The notes: generated from the letters alone by a model not told the origin. Positions 13,341-27,156 are shown, numbered from the stretch's first letter. The stretch: 64,000 bases of DNA from the human T2T-CHM13v2.0 reference genome, Homo sapiens (GCF_009914755.1 NC_060928.1), one strand, 5' to 3'. Numbers and translations are program-made.

Positions 13341-13674
13341 CGTATTTGTTAATAATAATTTACAGAATTATGTTGATGCTAAAAGGGCAAATATTTCATC
13401 TAAGGGCCAGAAGTAAGTTAATATCACAGTTGTCCTCTTAAATCACTCAGCTCGTGGGACTCTTCAAGCCTTTCATTGGATTTTAAAATATAGTTTGTTG
13501 CCTATTTTTCCTTTGGACCTCCGTGATGCAAAATGATTTTTGGAAATTAATGAATGCTCTAAATGGCTAATCTATACCCAGCAAGTTGTTTATTTCCAGC
13601 TTTTCTAAAACTAAATTTGTCCATAAAGTGTTAGATTTTAACAAATATAAAAGGTTTTTAAAAATACAAATCTT

Positions 13675-13978
13675 GGCTGGGCACTGTGGCTCACGCCTGT
13701 AATCTCAGCACTTTGGGAGAATAAGGTGGGCAGATAGCTTGAGATCAGGAGTTCAGACCAACCTGGCCAACATGTAAAAACCCTGTGTCTACTAAAAGTA
13801 CAAAAATTAGCCAGGCATGGTGGCGCACGCTTGTAATCCTTGCTACTCGGGAGGCTGAGGCATGAAAATCGCTTGAACCTAGGAGACAGAGGTTGCAGTG
13901 AGCCAAGATCAGGACACTGCACTCCAACCTGGGTGACAGAGTGAGACTCTGCCTCAAAAAAGAAAATAATACAAATAC
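13675..13978 (+). mobile_element. AluS
   Basis: Full dimer; TSD aaatacaaatctt at 13662-13674 and 13979-13991. Confidence 0.93.
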
Positions 13979-14253
13979 AAATACAAATCTTACATTGTGG
14001 GATTTTTAGAATATATAATTTATCTATTTATCAGTCATTCATGTCTATGCACATACATTTTGCCAGCCCATCAAGTCCACAAAATAAGAAACAGTAAAAT
14101 AAATGACCAACCTGCATGCCAACTTTACTAAGCCCAGTTAACATAATGCAATTAAGAGAAAGTGTTCAGAAAATTTCAGGTTACTAACTACCAAATAGGT
14201 AAGGCTAATTTCTAGATCATCCAGTCTAATAAACTATAATCACCAAAGAACTA

Positions 14254-14568
14254 CAGGTTAGGCATCTCTAATTCAAAAATTCCAAATCCAAAATACTGCA
14301 AAATATGAAACTTTTTGAGTGCTGAAATGACACCAATGGAAAATTCTACACCTGACCTCATTTGACAGGTGCACAAAATTATTGGAAATATTATATAGAA
14401 TTACTTTCAGCCTATGTTTATAGGGTGTATATGAAACATAAATGAATTTTGTGTTTAGACTTGGGTCCCATCCCCAAAATATCTCATTTTATATATATGT
14501 AAATATTCAGAAATCTTTAATAATCCAAATTTGAAACACTTCTGGTCCCAAGCATTTCAAATCAACTC
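14254..14568 (+). mobile_element. Tigger4-type (MER46) TcMar MITE
   Basis: TA|caggttaggcatctctaattcaaaaattccaaatcc...acacttctggtcccaagcatttc. Confidence 0.75.
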
Positions 14569-14586
14569 ATAACCAAATAATGTTTC

Positions 14587-14911
14587 ATTTATTTATTTAT
14601 TTATTTTTTAAGAGGCAGGATCTCACTATGTTGCTCAAGCTAGGACGCAGTGGCTATTCACAGGCACAATCCAACTATTGACCACCACGGAGTTTTGACC
14701 TACTCCATTCAGACCTGAGCCAGTTCACACCTCCTCAGACAACCTGGTGGTCCCCAGTCACCACCACCCCACATCTGAAGGTCATCATATTGATGCCAAA
14801 CTTAGTGACTGGCACAGCCCACTACATCCCAGAGCTCCTGGGCTCGAGTGATCCTCCCACCTCAGCCTCCTCAACAGCTGGGATTACAGGCCTGTGCCAC
14901 TGCACCTAGCC
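14587..14911 (-). pseudogene. 7SL (SRP RNA) processed pseudogene, possibly RN7SL728P
   Basis: Reverse complement carries the Alu domain plus the S-domain sequence absent from Alus (ggcatcaatatgatgacc, ggggaccaccaggttg, ggtcaaaactcc, cctgtgaatagccactgc) and an A-rich tail at 14587-14610. Confidence 0.9.
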
Positions 14912-15069
14912 AGATAAATTTTAGGGTCCAAATTCTATAAGTCATATTATTACAAAAGAAAAACACTTCCCATTTAAAATATAATGTATAATGTATAAAA
15001 TATATTTTTCTTAGAAATTTGCCTTAAAGGTCGAATACTTTTAAATGATAATGAGGGTAGCATGCCAAG

Positions 15070-15230
15070 TACACTGGCCAGGATGTTGAAAAATGTCACG
15101 TTTCTGACTCAGGCACTTGGGAAACCTGGGAAACTCATTTGACCTCACCAGGATGAATTCCCTTGTCTGTAAAACAAGATAATTGGGACAGAAGAATATC
15201 AAGTCTCCATTCCAGCCTTTTTATTTCTAA
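15070..15230 (+). mobile_element. MIR3-like
   Basis: ctcatttgacctc...cttgtctgtaaaacaagataattgg...ccattccagcc. Confidence 0.5.
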
Positions 15231-15509
15231 GTGTCTAATTTGGAAGTCACTTATCAGAACAAAACATGAAACCCCTAAAAAAGAAATAAGACTTCACTTC
15301 CCCAAGTGAAAGGACAGTTAACTTCAAATCTTACTTTCTCTAATGATTTCAGTTTTTTCTCAGTTCAGATCTTTTGTGACTATCGCAAATATAAAGCAAA
15401 CTGGCCTCTTGTAAACATTTTCATGCATGCATTTTCTCTGTGGAAGGACTAATAAGGAAATCTAAAAGATGACACACCCCTTTCTCTTCTTCCCTTCTCT
15501 TCCTTGCCA

Positions 15510-16323
15510 TCCAGCCTGGAAGTCGTTAGGTGGAGTATAGCAGTGTCTGTGTGGAGGGGAGCCATAGTGGCCCAAAGAGGGGTGTTGGAGCTTGAACAAG
15601 AAAAAAAGGATATCTAAGTAGGAGAGAACATAGCATGGACAGTAGGAGCCCAAGCAGGGTCCTGAAGGTGTCCAGATTTGGGAAGAGACATGGGAAATCA
15701 GAGCTGCATCACTAATGGGATAAGGGTGTATGTGTGTGCACAAGCACTGACTATCAAACCCAAGTATGATCAGCAGAGCATCCTTCCCAGCATGATCTGT
15801 CAGAGCCCAAGCTGGAAGAGTAGGGTGCCCACCAAAGTAGTGGCCAGGTGTTGGGTGCCAGAGACTGAGCACAGCTAGGAAGCATCCATGGATCTAGGGG
15901 AGAGAGAAAGAGTCAGCCAGTGTGGAGAGTCAGAGCCTGAGAAGGTGATGAAGGCAGTCAGGCCTGAGGTGGTCATAACAGAATGTCAGAGATGGGCAAG
16001 GGGGAGGAAGGTGACCCTGAAGAGCAGTAGCATGAGGTATCGGAGTCTGTGCAGTGAGGATGGCAGCCTGGCACGGTGTGTCAGAACCCAAAGAGGATAA
16101 GGAAGGAATCAGTGGGGAAGAGGATGGCAGCAGAAATACATTAGTTATACATAAGGGGATTCATTAAATAAGTAAATATATTAGATTATAATAGCCAGTT
16201 TTCTCGTTATCACAGAAGGGAGTTGCAAATATGGAGAGGGAGAAAACTAGAATGAACGAACCCTCTGGTCTTAGGTTGGAATTGGAGAGATCAGTATCAA
16301 TTCATGGTTTGCGGTGTAGAAAC

Positions 16324-16407
<84 letters not shown>

Positions 16408-16780
16408 TTATGAATAATTACCAGCTCTGTCCACTGACAGGGTCTGAGAACAATGACACTAATAGCAAAGAGCATAACTAGGGCACTGAGCTTGGCTTCT
16501 AAATATTACTATCCTCTACTAAACAGAACCAGAGCCCCTTAGAAAAAGGGCTGATTCCAGAAGCAGACAAAGAACAGGATGAACCTGGAATATCACCTTG
16601 TGCTTGAAAGCAAGGGAATGGTCCAAAAATGCAGAAATGCATGTTACATTATTCCAGGATAACATGAGATTAGCAACTTACTCTAAAATGGATCAGAAGG
16701 AATAAAAGTATTTTTACTGTGCTGGCCACTTTTCTGTAAGTACCTCATAATTTTAAAATTTAAACATTGAATACTAATGA
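15510..16780 (+). mobile_element. Old L1 (L1MC3/4-like) 3' UTR
   Basis: Repeated gtcagagcccaag units and ggagagggagaaaactagaatga...ctctgtccactga...cagaaccagagc motifs. Confidence 0.65.
16327..16406. repeat. Compound microsatellite (TA)29(GA)11
   Basis: Directly counted. Confidence 0.97.
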
Positions 16781-16859
16781 GGAAAGGAGAACGTTCCTGC
16801 AACAAATTACATTAAAATTAAATCTAAAATTTTACAAAAAGTATAATTTTCTGTGAAAT

Positions 16860-17270
16860 TAATTTACTCACTAATACATATTTTTAGCGTTTGCATCACA
16901 GTCCATTGTGTCTGGAATACAAGAATGAGAAGATACTCCTTCTTTTACTCTTAAGTAGCTTGTAGTTACAGGTTGGAGGAAGGTGAAAGATGGTTGCTGT
17001 AATGAAGACTTTTAAATGTTGCGGTGGAGATAGATAGGAGCACTAGTGTCTGCAGATGATAGTGAGCACATAGTTTACAGAGTAGGTAATCCCTGAGCTT
17101 TAAGGATAAGTAGAAGTTTGACAGAAAGACAAAAAAAAATGGAAGAACATTCCAAGACAAGAAAATGCAAAATAAAATGCTTGAGAGGCCTGAGAGAATA
17201 AAGAGAACTGCAAGGGGTTTCTTGGAATTGGAGAATCTGGAATAGAAAGGCAGCATCTGGCAGAATCAGG
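16860..17270 (-). mobile_element. L2 fragment
   Basis: tttactcactaatacatattttt... and cattccaagacaagaaaatgc...aaaatgcttgagagg motifs. Confidence 0.5.
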
Positions 17271-17539
17271 AAAAGTCTCAAAGTTCCAAGTCTTTGTCTA
17301 ATGATGTCCCCAAAGATTCCTTATGATCATCTGAGGCAACAACAACAAAATCTCTTCAGTGAATTTAAACCTCTTTATCCTGTATTATCAGTATCAATAT
17401 TTAGTCCTCATTATTACAAATAAGCCATACCTAAAATGCTCAAATAAGACCAAGATAATGATTCTATCTGGACCATCTATGTCTATTCAGCCATCCATAC
17501 CAGAGACAGTAGAGGTAGGAATCAGATTTCTGCAAGGCC

Positions 17540-17690
17540 CCTCTTAACTTAATTCCTAATCTCTAAAATGGGGATTAAAATAATACCTGCTCAATTTACC
17601 TCACTGAATAATTGTGAAAATCAGATGTGATAAAGTATGTGAAATCTCTTTATCAACTCTAAAGCAGAATGCAGGTGTTAATATATGCTG
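17540..17690 (+). mobile_element. MIR fragment
   Basis: ctaaaatggggattaaaataatacct...ttgtgaaaatcagatgtgataa. Confidence 0.6.
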
Positions 17691-18514
17691 GAATGGTAGG
17701 GTAACGTGACCCGTGTAATAGGCCTAGCAAAGGGCCAATGGGAAATGGACAAGAACAACCAAGAATATCTCAGGACAAAGACTACTTTATACCTTACAAA
17801 ACTCAGGTTTTTTTCTAGGAAATTGAAGTGCTAATCGGAAATGGAAAGATCCATAAATTACACCAAGTCTAATCTTGTCATTTAGGGGATAAGGAAAAGA
17901 ATGCTCAGGAGAGTTAAGCAGTATGGCCAAGTAACATATTTAGACCGGAACAGAAGCCCAAACTTGTCTTTTTCCATTTCACCACGACAAAATAAACACC
18001 AGTCAATGTTTCAAGGATAACACCCTTATGACTTCAATGTGATTGAGAAAGTGAAATTGGAAATTATACTAACCTATGTTCTTCCTAGTTCTTCTTCTTC
18101 ATCCCTTTTCTTCAATTATTTTCTAATGAACCAGTGTCCCCACCCTTTATGCTGCTGTTTCACCTGAGCTCACCCAGCATTATCTCAGCATGGTTTTTAT
18201 GCTTTATAATTCTACAAATTTTAAAATTATTATTAGAATGTTGGGAAATTTTATATATACTAACATGGAAATATACTGAGTAAATTAATTAAAAAAAATG
18301 AGGCAGAACACGTTTTAAAACAATGAAACAGCTGCGCACATGCGTGTTTGTGTGTACATTAACAAAGTTCTGAGGAATATGTGCCAAGTTGTTTACAATG
18401 TTTTCCTTTTAAGAAGTAAATGTAAGAAGTAGGTCTGAGGACAGGTGATTCAAAGGGGGAAGAACAATACCTTTCTCTGTGGAGAAAAATGTGTTGTTTT
18501 CCTTTATATCCTCC

Positions 18515-18808
<294 letters not shown>

Positions 18809-19892
18809 TGTACTTAACATTTTTTCAAAAGGCATGTTTTACTTAAAGGAATAAAAAGTTATCAAAATGTAGATGATGGAAAAAGTTTGAGTAGACTCTA
18901 AATGGGGACAGAGAGAATAAGGCTCAGTAAATTGTCTCCCTGTACCTGATGAGAAGAAAGTCCTGAGCAGCAAACAGGAAGACCCCATGCTGCGTGGCTG
19001 GCATGCTTCTTTATCACCGAAAGCTAACCAAAAAGCAGAGATTTATTTAAAATAAATGTCTTACGAAGCCCAGAAAAGCATCCAACTCCTTTCACTCTGA
19101 ATTCTCAATAACGCCAAGTCTTTGATGCAGCATGGGGTAAGCTGAACAGCAGGCATGAATAATTCTCCACGAGAGTACTTCCCATATGTCCACTCTCCCA
19201 ACTCTTAAGGATCAGAGTCCGAAAGCCTGACTGAAATTGAGCTGCTGGGAAATGTAATCATGTGAGAACAATTAAAAATTTTGCTTTCAAGATAAGAGCT
19301 TAGTACAAAGCCTAGCCTTAGACAAACTTATGAAATGAAACTATGACAAGGAACTCTTCTCCCCTGGGTTCTCAACCCCTTAGTACCAGGAACCTACAGC
19401 CTCTTCTCTTCCCTTTCTTCCCTTTCCTTCTTTTCCTTCAAATCTCCTAACCTCAGAAACTTTATGCATGCTAAAAATATTAAAAATTAAGAACAAAAAA
19501 TGATAACTGATCAAGCTCTATTTGCATTTTTTCATTTTTTATTTTTGTTAATGATATCCTTGGTTTACATAATTTGCAAATAGCTTTAACTTAAGAATTT
19601 AAGTGAGACTATTGGAAATTTAAAAAGCAAACAGAAAAAGTCTTCTCTTTTCAGTATATGCACTACTAAGAGCTTAAATCCATATAAGAATTTTCTTGAT
19701 TAGTTTCAGTATTTTCCAGATATTTATTCACATCACATTCTTGCTGCAGAACACCTTTGTGAAATGACATGTTTACTCTCACTGTTATTAGGTACTCATC
19801 TGTAACTTGTGGTTAAATCATAAAGCCCTGTTTAAAAGAGGTTTATGTTCTCTAAGGAATGAGCATCAACTATCCTAACCCAAGGTTTCCTG

Positions 19893-20078
19893 GCAGCACA
19901 GTGCTGTGGAAAGAACAATGAAATAAGAATGAAGATTTGAGTTCTGATTCTAACTGAAACAATGTGAACAGCTTTGTAATATTCATAGTTTGAGTCTCTT
20001 AACAATTCTGTGTATCTCAGGAGGTTATTACAAGAATTAGTTAAGATAACATAAATCAAAGCATTTTATAAGCTATAT
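19893..20078 (+). mobile_element. MIR
   Basis: gcagcacagtgctgtggaaagaac...gatttgagttctgattct...gaattagttaagataac. Confidence 0.55.
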
Positions 20079-23000
20079 ATTCAAGAAAATCTAAAATTTC
20101 AAACTGGCCAAACCAGGTTGAGAAGTCATTTTGAACATGATTTACAGCATTGTGACACTACTTGCTCGTCTGTACGCACATAACAACACCAAACAAGCCA
20201 GGTAGCACATCCTCTCTAGAATGGAAAATTAGTTCTCTGCAGGTCTAGGGAACCTACTGCAGACAACACTGCTCTCTCTCTTTTTTTTTTTAAACCTGTG
20301 TGGAATTTTTCATTTTACCATGGACTGTTTTAATGTTTTCCAGTTCTATTTCCTGTTCTGATACTTTTGGTTGGTACACTTCAGGAAGAGAAAAAATTTG
20401 GGGGGGCACAAACAAATGACAAACCAATATTTGGTACCTGTGGTTTTACATTTATATATAAGCCATTCTTGTATTCAAGCCTTAATGAGGATCAATGCAC
20501 TTGAAATAAAGTATGATTTACACAAAAATAAACTAAAACTAAGGATAGATTTTACAGGAAAAGATAATGGTTTAAATACACAAGAAACTTGCAATCCAAA
20601 AATAATAAATCCTAATATCCTAAGAACCATAAAGAAATGTTCAATTTGTATTTGAGACAGAAGAAACATTTGCAAGACATGAAGTCTGGTGCCATGGAAA
20701 AATTGACAGATTTACTAATGTCCAATGATTTTTATGTTCCAGGCCCTAATTCTTGCAGACTTACAAAGTCTGCAAACACTACACTTTGCCTTCTTTGGTA
20801 AATGTGTATTTCTCAAAGTGTGTGGGCAACATATGGACCTTGTATGTCTTCTATGAACCCTACAATCCAGTCATTAATTCAAGTTAATCAAAAAATGTTT
20901 ATTATCTTTCTAAAAATGAAAAATATGCTTTCCACTGCAGTTTTGAAACTAATTTAGATTTGAAACAATTTTTTGATGTTAAAAGAAGTGCAAAACCTTA
21001 CTTAGACAAAAGCTCATGAGTCTTTTTAAGGTTAACAACAAACAGGCATAAGTAGGTGCTCTGCTTTGTTCCAAAGTCCCATTTGCCTAATCACCTACAT
21101 TTCTCTCATCTAAAAGAAGAATAAATTGCTACGATGGAGTTAATTCCAGCAAAATAGGGAGTTCATATGGATTCGTTTTCAATATTTTATTATTTCTCAT
21201 TTGTGAATTTGAGGGGGAAAGAGAGGAAGAAATAAGGAGGGTAGAAGAGATTTTCTATAACAGGATAAGTTTGACAATATGTTTCACATATTGAATTAAG
21301 TTCTTTCCTTTGACATTTCTCATTTGTTTTCTCATTAAAGGTGTAATCACATGTTCAAACTGTAATTTTCAAACTTTTATTTTCAAACTACCTTGAGGGC
21401 TTATTATATATTTGAACTGTAATCCTACTGCTGTAAAAACAAGAACTAAGTAAGCAAACCCTATATTTAGCAGGAAAAGAAATTCCCCAAGGCCAGAATT
21501 ATTATGCTCCATAAAACTTGCCAACTGCAACTGCAACTGCACCCTCCCACATGTAAAGGGAAAATTTAGACTAAAACATTAAAATCCAAATGAGTAAGAT
21601 ATAATAGGTGACCTAATAAATTCTGGATAGCTACCACATTACAGAGTTTTCATCTAAAATATTTCATAGGGATAGTAATTAAGTTAGAGAGTTTTAATCT
21701 AAAATATTACTAAATGTCTAAATAAACTTTAAATATTTAATCTAAAATAAAATCACCAAAAATTTTTCTTATGAGTATCTAAAACAGGAATAAAATGCAA
21801 CTTCTCCAAGTTGTTTCTTCCTACTTAGACTACTGAGATTTAATACAAAGAAAACTTTTACCAATGTTATGTCAAAGTTTTCAATCTTTAAAATGCAAAA
21901 TTATGTCTTTTAGGTCACTGCCTGTTTTGTTCTGTATCATTTTCTGATTCCAGGATTTGAATCTTTTAAAAATACTCAGAAAAATCTTGGAACAAACATG
22001 GAGCCAAAATAAATTTGCCATCCAGAGAGTAGGACAGAAAGTCAAAGCCGATAAGCTCAAATGTCCTTTCTGCTCTTTTATCTTAAGAGAAGCCTGTAAG
22101 TCCTCCATCTTAGCCAATGCTGGAGAGTAAGATTAGAAAAATGGGACTAGAAAAGGAATGTTTAGCATTACTGTCTGCAAACACCACACCTGGCCTGTGT
22201 GATAGGTACAGAACTGAAGAATGGAGTTGGGCATCATCACAGACCAAATCATATCAAACCCGTTTGCAGAGTTAGTTCAGAGATGCCTGGGTTTTAAGAT
22301 AAATAGAGAATGTTTATCACTGTTTTTTTTTTAACTCATCTATGTCCCTGTTGACACTGTAGAACTCAATGTTTATGACTATAGAAACAATACCATCAAC
22401 AAAAATAATATCTATAATTATCCTCTCTAATCCGCAGTTATTATGATGACATAATCACTCCGGAGAAATTAGGTCTATGGGATAGACCTGATGGAAGCCT
22501 ATTTTGAAGATAACAGTATTCTCACTATACCATTCAGATTAACATGTCATCGGCTAACGGCCATCATTTTCTTACAGATGTTCATTTCCTTGTATAACCT
22601 TTGCTTGACTTGTTATCTGACATTTCAATTCTGGTATGTGAATATGTAGAAAATTAATTTATTGCCTTAACCAGACAAGAACACTTTGCATATAGTGTGT
22701 ATTCTTAAGTATTAGGAGTGAATTTAAATCAAAGACAAAATACAGAAGAACAAATTTGTTTTAAAATGTCGATTCATTTAAAACAAAAGTCAAAGTTAAA
22801 AATCATAAGCAATACATATTTCAAATTTATAATCTTCTTTTGATATAAATATTGATAGAGATGATCAAGACCATTACCTATTAATAAGCTGATCTACATT
22901 TGAGAAACAAACAAACAAAAGAATGCCTACTGACTGGGCTTCTTGCCAAGAGCCCAGGTTAAAGTACAAAGAGACTGCAGTGTTTGATCAGCCTATGAAG

Positions 23001-23537
23001 TTTGTTATGAAGAACCTAGGTGTGCTTGGTCACAGTGTATTTTTACCTTCAATTATTTTAAAATTGTTAAAATACTTGCTTTTTTATTTTTTAATTGTTC
23101 TTTAATCTATATCCTAAATATTTCTTTTTAAAAAGTTGTAAAACTCTATGATTCTCAACTTTGTACTGACTACATAACAACCTTCAAAGGACCTGTTCAC
23201 GTGACTGTGCGCTAGTAGCCTCTGGCCTATGACGTGAGCTTATTTAATATTTAGATAGTATAAGTATATATGGAAAAAGAGGCATTTTTTGGCCAGGGAA
23301 TGCCATTAGAAATGTTGTGAGGATTAAAGTAGATAGTATATATAAAGTGTCTAGCATAAAGCCACATAGCAGAGGCTCAGTAAATGTAAAATGTATAAAA
23401 GTATGTGCATGTGTATCTCAAGCATGGTGCTATGCTTTCATATACTTCTTTCCTTTTCCAGTATATCCCACAATGCCCTAAAAGGATACTAATGATGATT
23501 AGGACATTGGTCTGAATTTCATATCAGAAACATTTGT

Positions 23538-23838
23538 GGCCAGATGCAGTGGCTCACGCCTATAATCCCAACACTTTGAGAGACCGAGGCTGGAGGATTT
23601 CTTGAGCCAGGAGTTCTAGACTAGCCTGAACAACATAGTGAGACATCATCTCTACAAAAAGTTTTTTTAAAAAATTAGCCAGGCATGGTAGCACACGTCT
23701 GTAATCCCAGCTGCTGAGGAGGCTGAGTGGGGAGGATGGCTTGAGCCCAGGAAGTTGAGGCTGCAGTGGGCTGAGATTGTATCACTACACTGCAACTTTG
23801 GCAACAGAGAGAGATCCTATCACAAAAAAAGAAAAAAA
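23538..23838 (+). mobile_element. AluJ-like
   Basis: Diverged dimer with ggaggatggcttgagcccagg right arm. Confidence 0.9.
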
Positions 23839-23949
23839 AGATAAAGGAGAGAATGAAAGAGGAAGGAAGGAAGGAAGGGAGGGAGGGAGGGAGGGAGGGA
23901 GGGAGGGGAGAGAGAGAGTGAGCAGGGAGGAAGGGGGGGAGAGAGAGAG

Positions 23950-23980
<31 letters not shown>

Positions 23981-24114
23981 AAGAAAGAAAGAGAAAGAGA
24001 GAGAGAAATAAAGAGAGAAAGAAAGAGAAAGAAAAGAGAGAGAAAGAAAGGGAAGGAAGGAAGGAAGGAAGGAAGGAAGGAAGGAAGGAAGGAAGGAAGG
24101 AAGGAAGGAAGGAA
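23839..24114 (+). repeat. Polypurine tract ending in perfect (GGAA)16 at 24051-24114
   Basis: GGAA/GGGA/GA/GAAA units extending from the Alu tail; 16 uninterrupted GGAA counted. Confidence 0.95.
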
Positions 24115-24189
24115 ATGTATTTCTTCTTTACTAAAAAAATATAAACACTGAAAAGAGAAACTTTTGCCATCATAAAATCTACAACCCAA

Positions 24190-25335
24190 CCTTATCTGAA
24201 TTCTTAAACTCTGCCTTCTGTTCTATTACAGCAAATGAATTTTCCATGCTTTCTTGCAAGACCAGCCTTCCAGTGGATCTCATCCTCTTTCCTACTCAAG
24301 TTATTTGTCTCCACAATTCTAACCTTCTTTCTCCTACTATATCATCGGCTCTGGACTAGATCATTCCCATGAGCAGAAAATATTGTCTCTTTTCTCTTAA
24401 AAGTTCCTTTCACCCTACATCTCTGTCAAGCTACTGCTCTATTTGTTATGGGTTGAATTGTGTCCCCAAAAGGAAGATATGCTGAAGTCCTAAACTTCAG
24501 TAACTCAGAATGTAACCTTGTTTGGAAATAGGGTTGTTGCAGATGGAATTAGTTAAGATGAGGTCATCTTAACTAACAGGGTGGGCCCTTGATCCGATAT
24601 GACTGCTGTCCTTTTAAGAAGATAGCCATGTGAAGACACACAGGGACACACAGGGAGAACGCCATGTGATGACAAAGACAGAGATTGGATTATGCGGTTG
24701 CAAGCCAAGAAATGCCAAAGATTGCCAGCAACCACCAGAAGCTAGGAAAAGGCATGTAAAGATTACCCTAGAGGTTTCACGGGAGCATGGCCCTTGCCAA
24801 CAACTGTATTTCAGACTTTTAGCGTCCAAAACTGTGTGCGAGACAGTAAAGTCACCCAGTTTGTGGCACTTTGTTACAGCAGCCCTAGGAGACTTATAGG
24901 TCATCAGTTTCCCACTCTATACTAAATTATTCCCATGAGCAGAAAACATTATCTCTTATCTCTTAGAAGTTTCCTTGACCCTACATCTCTCTTAAGCTAC
25001 TGCCTTATTGTTTTGCTTACTTTTGATGGCAAATTTCTTGAGTTACCTACAATTGCTGTATTTACTTCTGCTCCTCCCATTCTCGAATGCACTCATTCTG
25101 GTCATGATCCCTCATCCCACTCTCCACTCCCCAGAAGATAGCTTTGTCAAAGTAATTTATTGTACTTTATTTTTCTTTATGACATGTAATATTATATGTT
25201 TATTTTTAATGTAGCTATTCTCTGTTTCACTTACTAGACTCTGTAAGTTCCAAAAAGACAGGGGATAGATGTATTTTTTAACCATACTCCAGGCCCTGGT
25301 ACTTCATATATCCTCAAAGAAAATTGATGAAATAC
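24190..25335 (+). mobile_element. L2 fragments flanking MLT1C
   Basis: ggatctcatcctctttcctactcaag..., tagactctgtaagttcc... 3'-end motif. Confidence 0.6.
24444..24899 (+). mobile_element. MLT1C-like MaLR solo LTR within L2
   Basis: tgttatgggttgaattgtgtcccc...ccaccagaagctagg...ctttgttacagcagccctagga. Confidence 0.88.
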
Positions 25336-25469
25336 ATTTGCTTTTAGATTTTTAATTACATTTAGTACATAAAATTTCCATTTGGATATAAACACTCTTT
25401 GTTTATGGATGGTAATATTTTGCAAGGATTTTGTTATAATTTTTCAAGAATTTGGAAGTTACTACTAAT

Positions 25470-25750
25470 ATGAAGCATACATGCTGTGCCAGCATACATT
25501 ATCACTTATATTTTATCCCAAGGTAAATTATGATGTCTTTATATTGCACCTTCCACAGCTATTAGAAGATACTAATCTTCACATTCATCCTATGTATTAG
25601 GAAAAAGCGGTGTTTAACTTTTAATTTACAGATTTGGAAATTAAGGGACTTAAGACCAAAGGGCCTTTCTGTGATATCTAAGTGGATATATGATAAAATT
25701 CAAACTGGGATAAGAACTTTGAACTGTCAAATCAGTTTAATTTCCACTAA
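25470..25750 (-). mobile_element. MIR
   Basis: tttacagatttggaaattaagg...gggataagaactttgaactgtc. Confidence 0.45.
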
Positions 25751-27156
25751 AATCCCTCAGCAGCAACACCACCTTATAATTTCATTGGCATGTAAGATTA
25801 TTATCTTAATTATATTAAATGAGAAAAAACAACTTCCTCCTGGATATTAAAGCAATTTACAGATGAGGAATATGAAATCATATATTATGCAAATATATGC
25901 AATAAATGAAGATTTCTTGCTCAGTTCTTATTCTGTGGGCCAGCAGAAATTTAGCACAATGAACTGAGTAAAAAGAGAAAATTAAGGAGCACTGTTAAAT
26001 GTATTCATAAAATGCAGTATCTAATTTGAAGGGGGCTATGATCACATTAGTCTATGATGTGATAGTTTACAGTAATCACCACTTATATCCACATAAATTT
26101 GTCTTTTCCATTTTCTGGTTGCCTTGTTTATCGGTAGTAAACAGCAGCTTAATAGCAAGATAAAGCAGCATATTAAAGATACTGTAACTTTGCTAACTGA
26201 AAATATCAGGGATGAATTATTACACTTTCTTAAATTGCTATACTTTCTATCAAGGCCTCCATAGAAGAAGAACACTATATGTTTTATTCAAGCTACCTTT
26301 TGGACATGAGTTAATATAACAACAGCATTTTAGTCATCTATGTGTGTACATAATAACAATAATTTTATTAATACATTATGTTCATATTTCCACTGAACTC
26401 ATCTTTTTTAAAAGGATGTCGTGACAATACTGATTTCATGAAGAAAGATTTGAGAAATTTCAATGATGAAGTGATATTGGACTTCACAACATAGAAATTA
26501 TTTAAATATACATTTGTATGCTCTTTTATCACATCTTACTTCAAACTTTAGTTTAATTCAAACGAACTTCTCTCTCCCTCAAAGCTCTGCTCATATCCCT
26601 ATTACTCTCCAATCATTTTTCACATTACCTCCTCCTTCCACCCTAGTTACGTGGAAGTGGTGACTCTACACTCATCTAAGATGAATTCCGTGTCTGAGCT
26701 ATGGACACTTTTCTCTTCCACTGCTGCAAGCCAGTCAGCTGCTCTCTTTCCTTCCTCTTTAGCCCTTTCCTCACCCACCTGCGGCTTCTTCCCAGCAGCA
26801 CCCAAACCTATACACCTACTCGGTGGTGTCCTGAAGATGCTCCTTCTCCCAGCACAAGTTTTCACCTTCTTTTCAAACACCAACCCATAAGCTCAACAAT
26901 CTCACAGTATCTTCCTCTACTGGGCCTCTCAGGAGCACTGGGCATTGGCTGACTACTCCATCCGTCTTCAAGCAGTCCTCCCCTTGACTTCCAGGAAGCC
27001 ACACTTTCCCAGTTTTCCTTCCATTTTTCGTATTGTTTTGTTAGTGTTAAATGCTAGTCATTTTAAATGTTGGTATCCCTTCAAACCTTGTTCTTTCCCT
27101 CATTCTACACATGCTTCTTGAACACCTTATCTATTCCCTTTGTGTCGATTGCTACC

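Noticed and set aside
21643-21708. 21-bp spaced direct repeat (20/21 identity)
   Set aside because: Only two AT-rich copies; not an array and not CRISPR-like.
22443-22491. ATGATGA...CTGA C/D-box-like pair with an 8-bp hairpin aggtctat/atagacct
   Set aside because: Too short, no terminal stem, and no + strand host gene.
23777-24189. 117-134 aa ORFs (ERK-rich / SLPSF-rich)
   Set aside because: Translations of the polypurine microsatellite.
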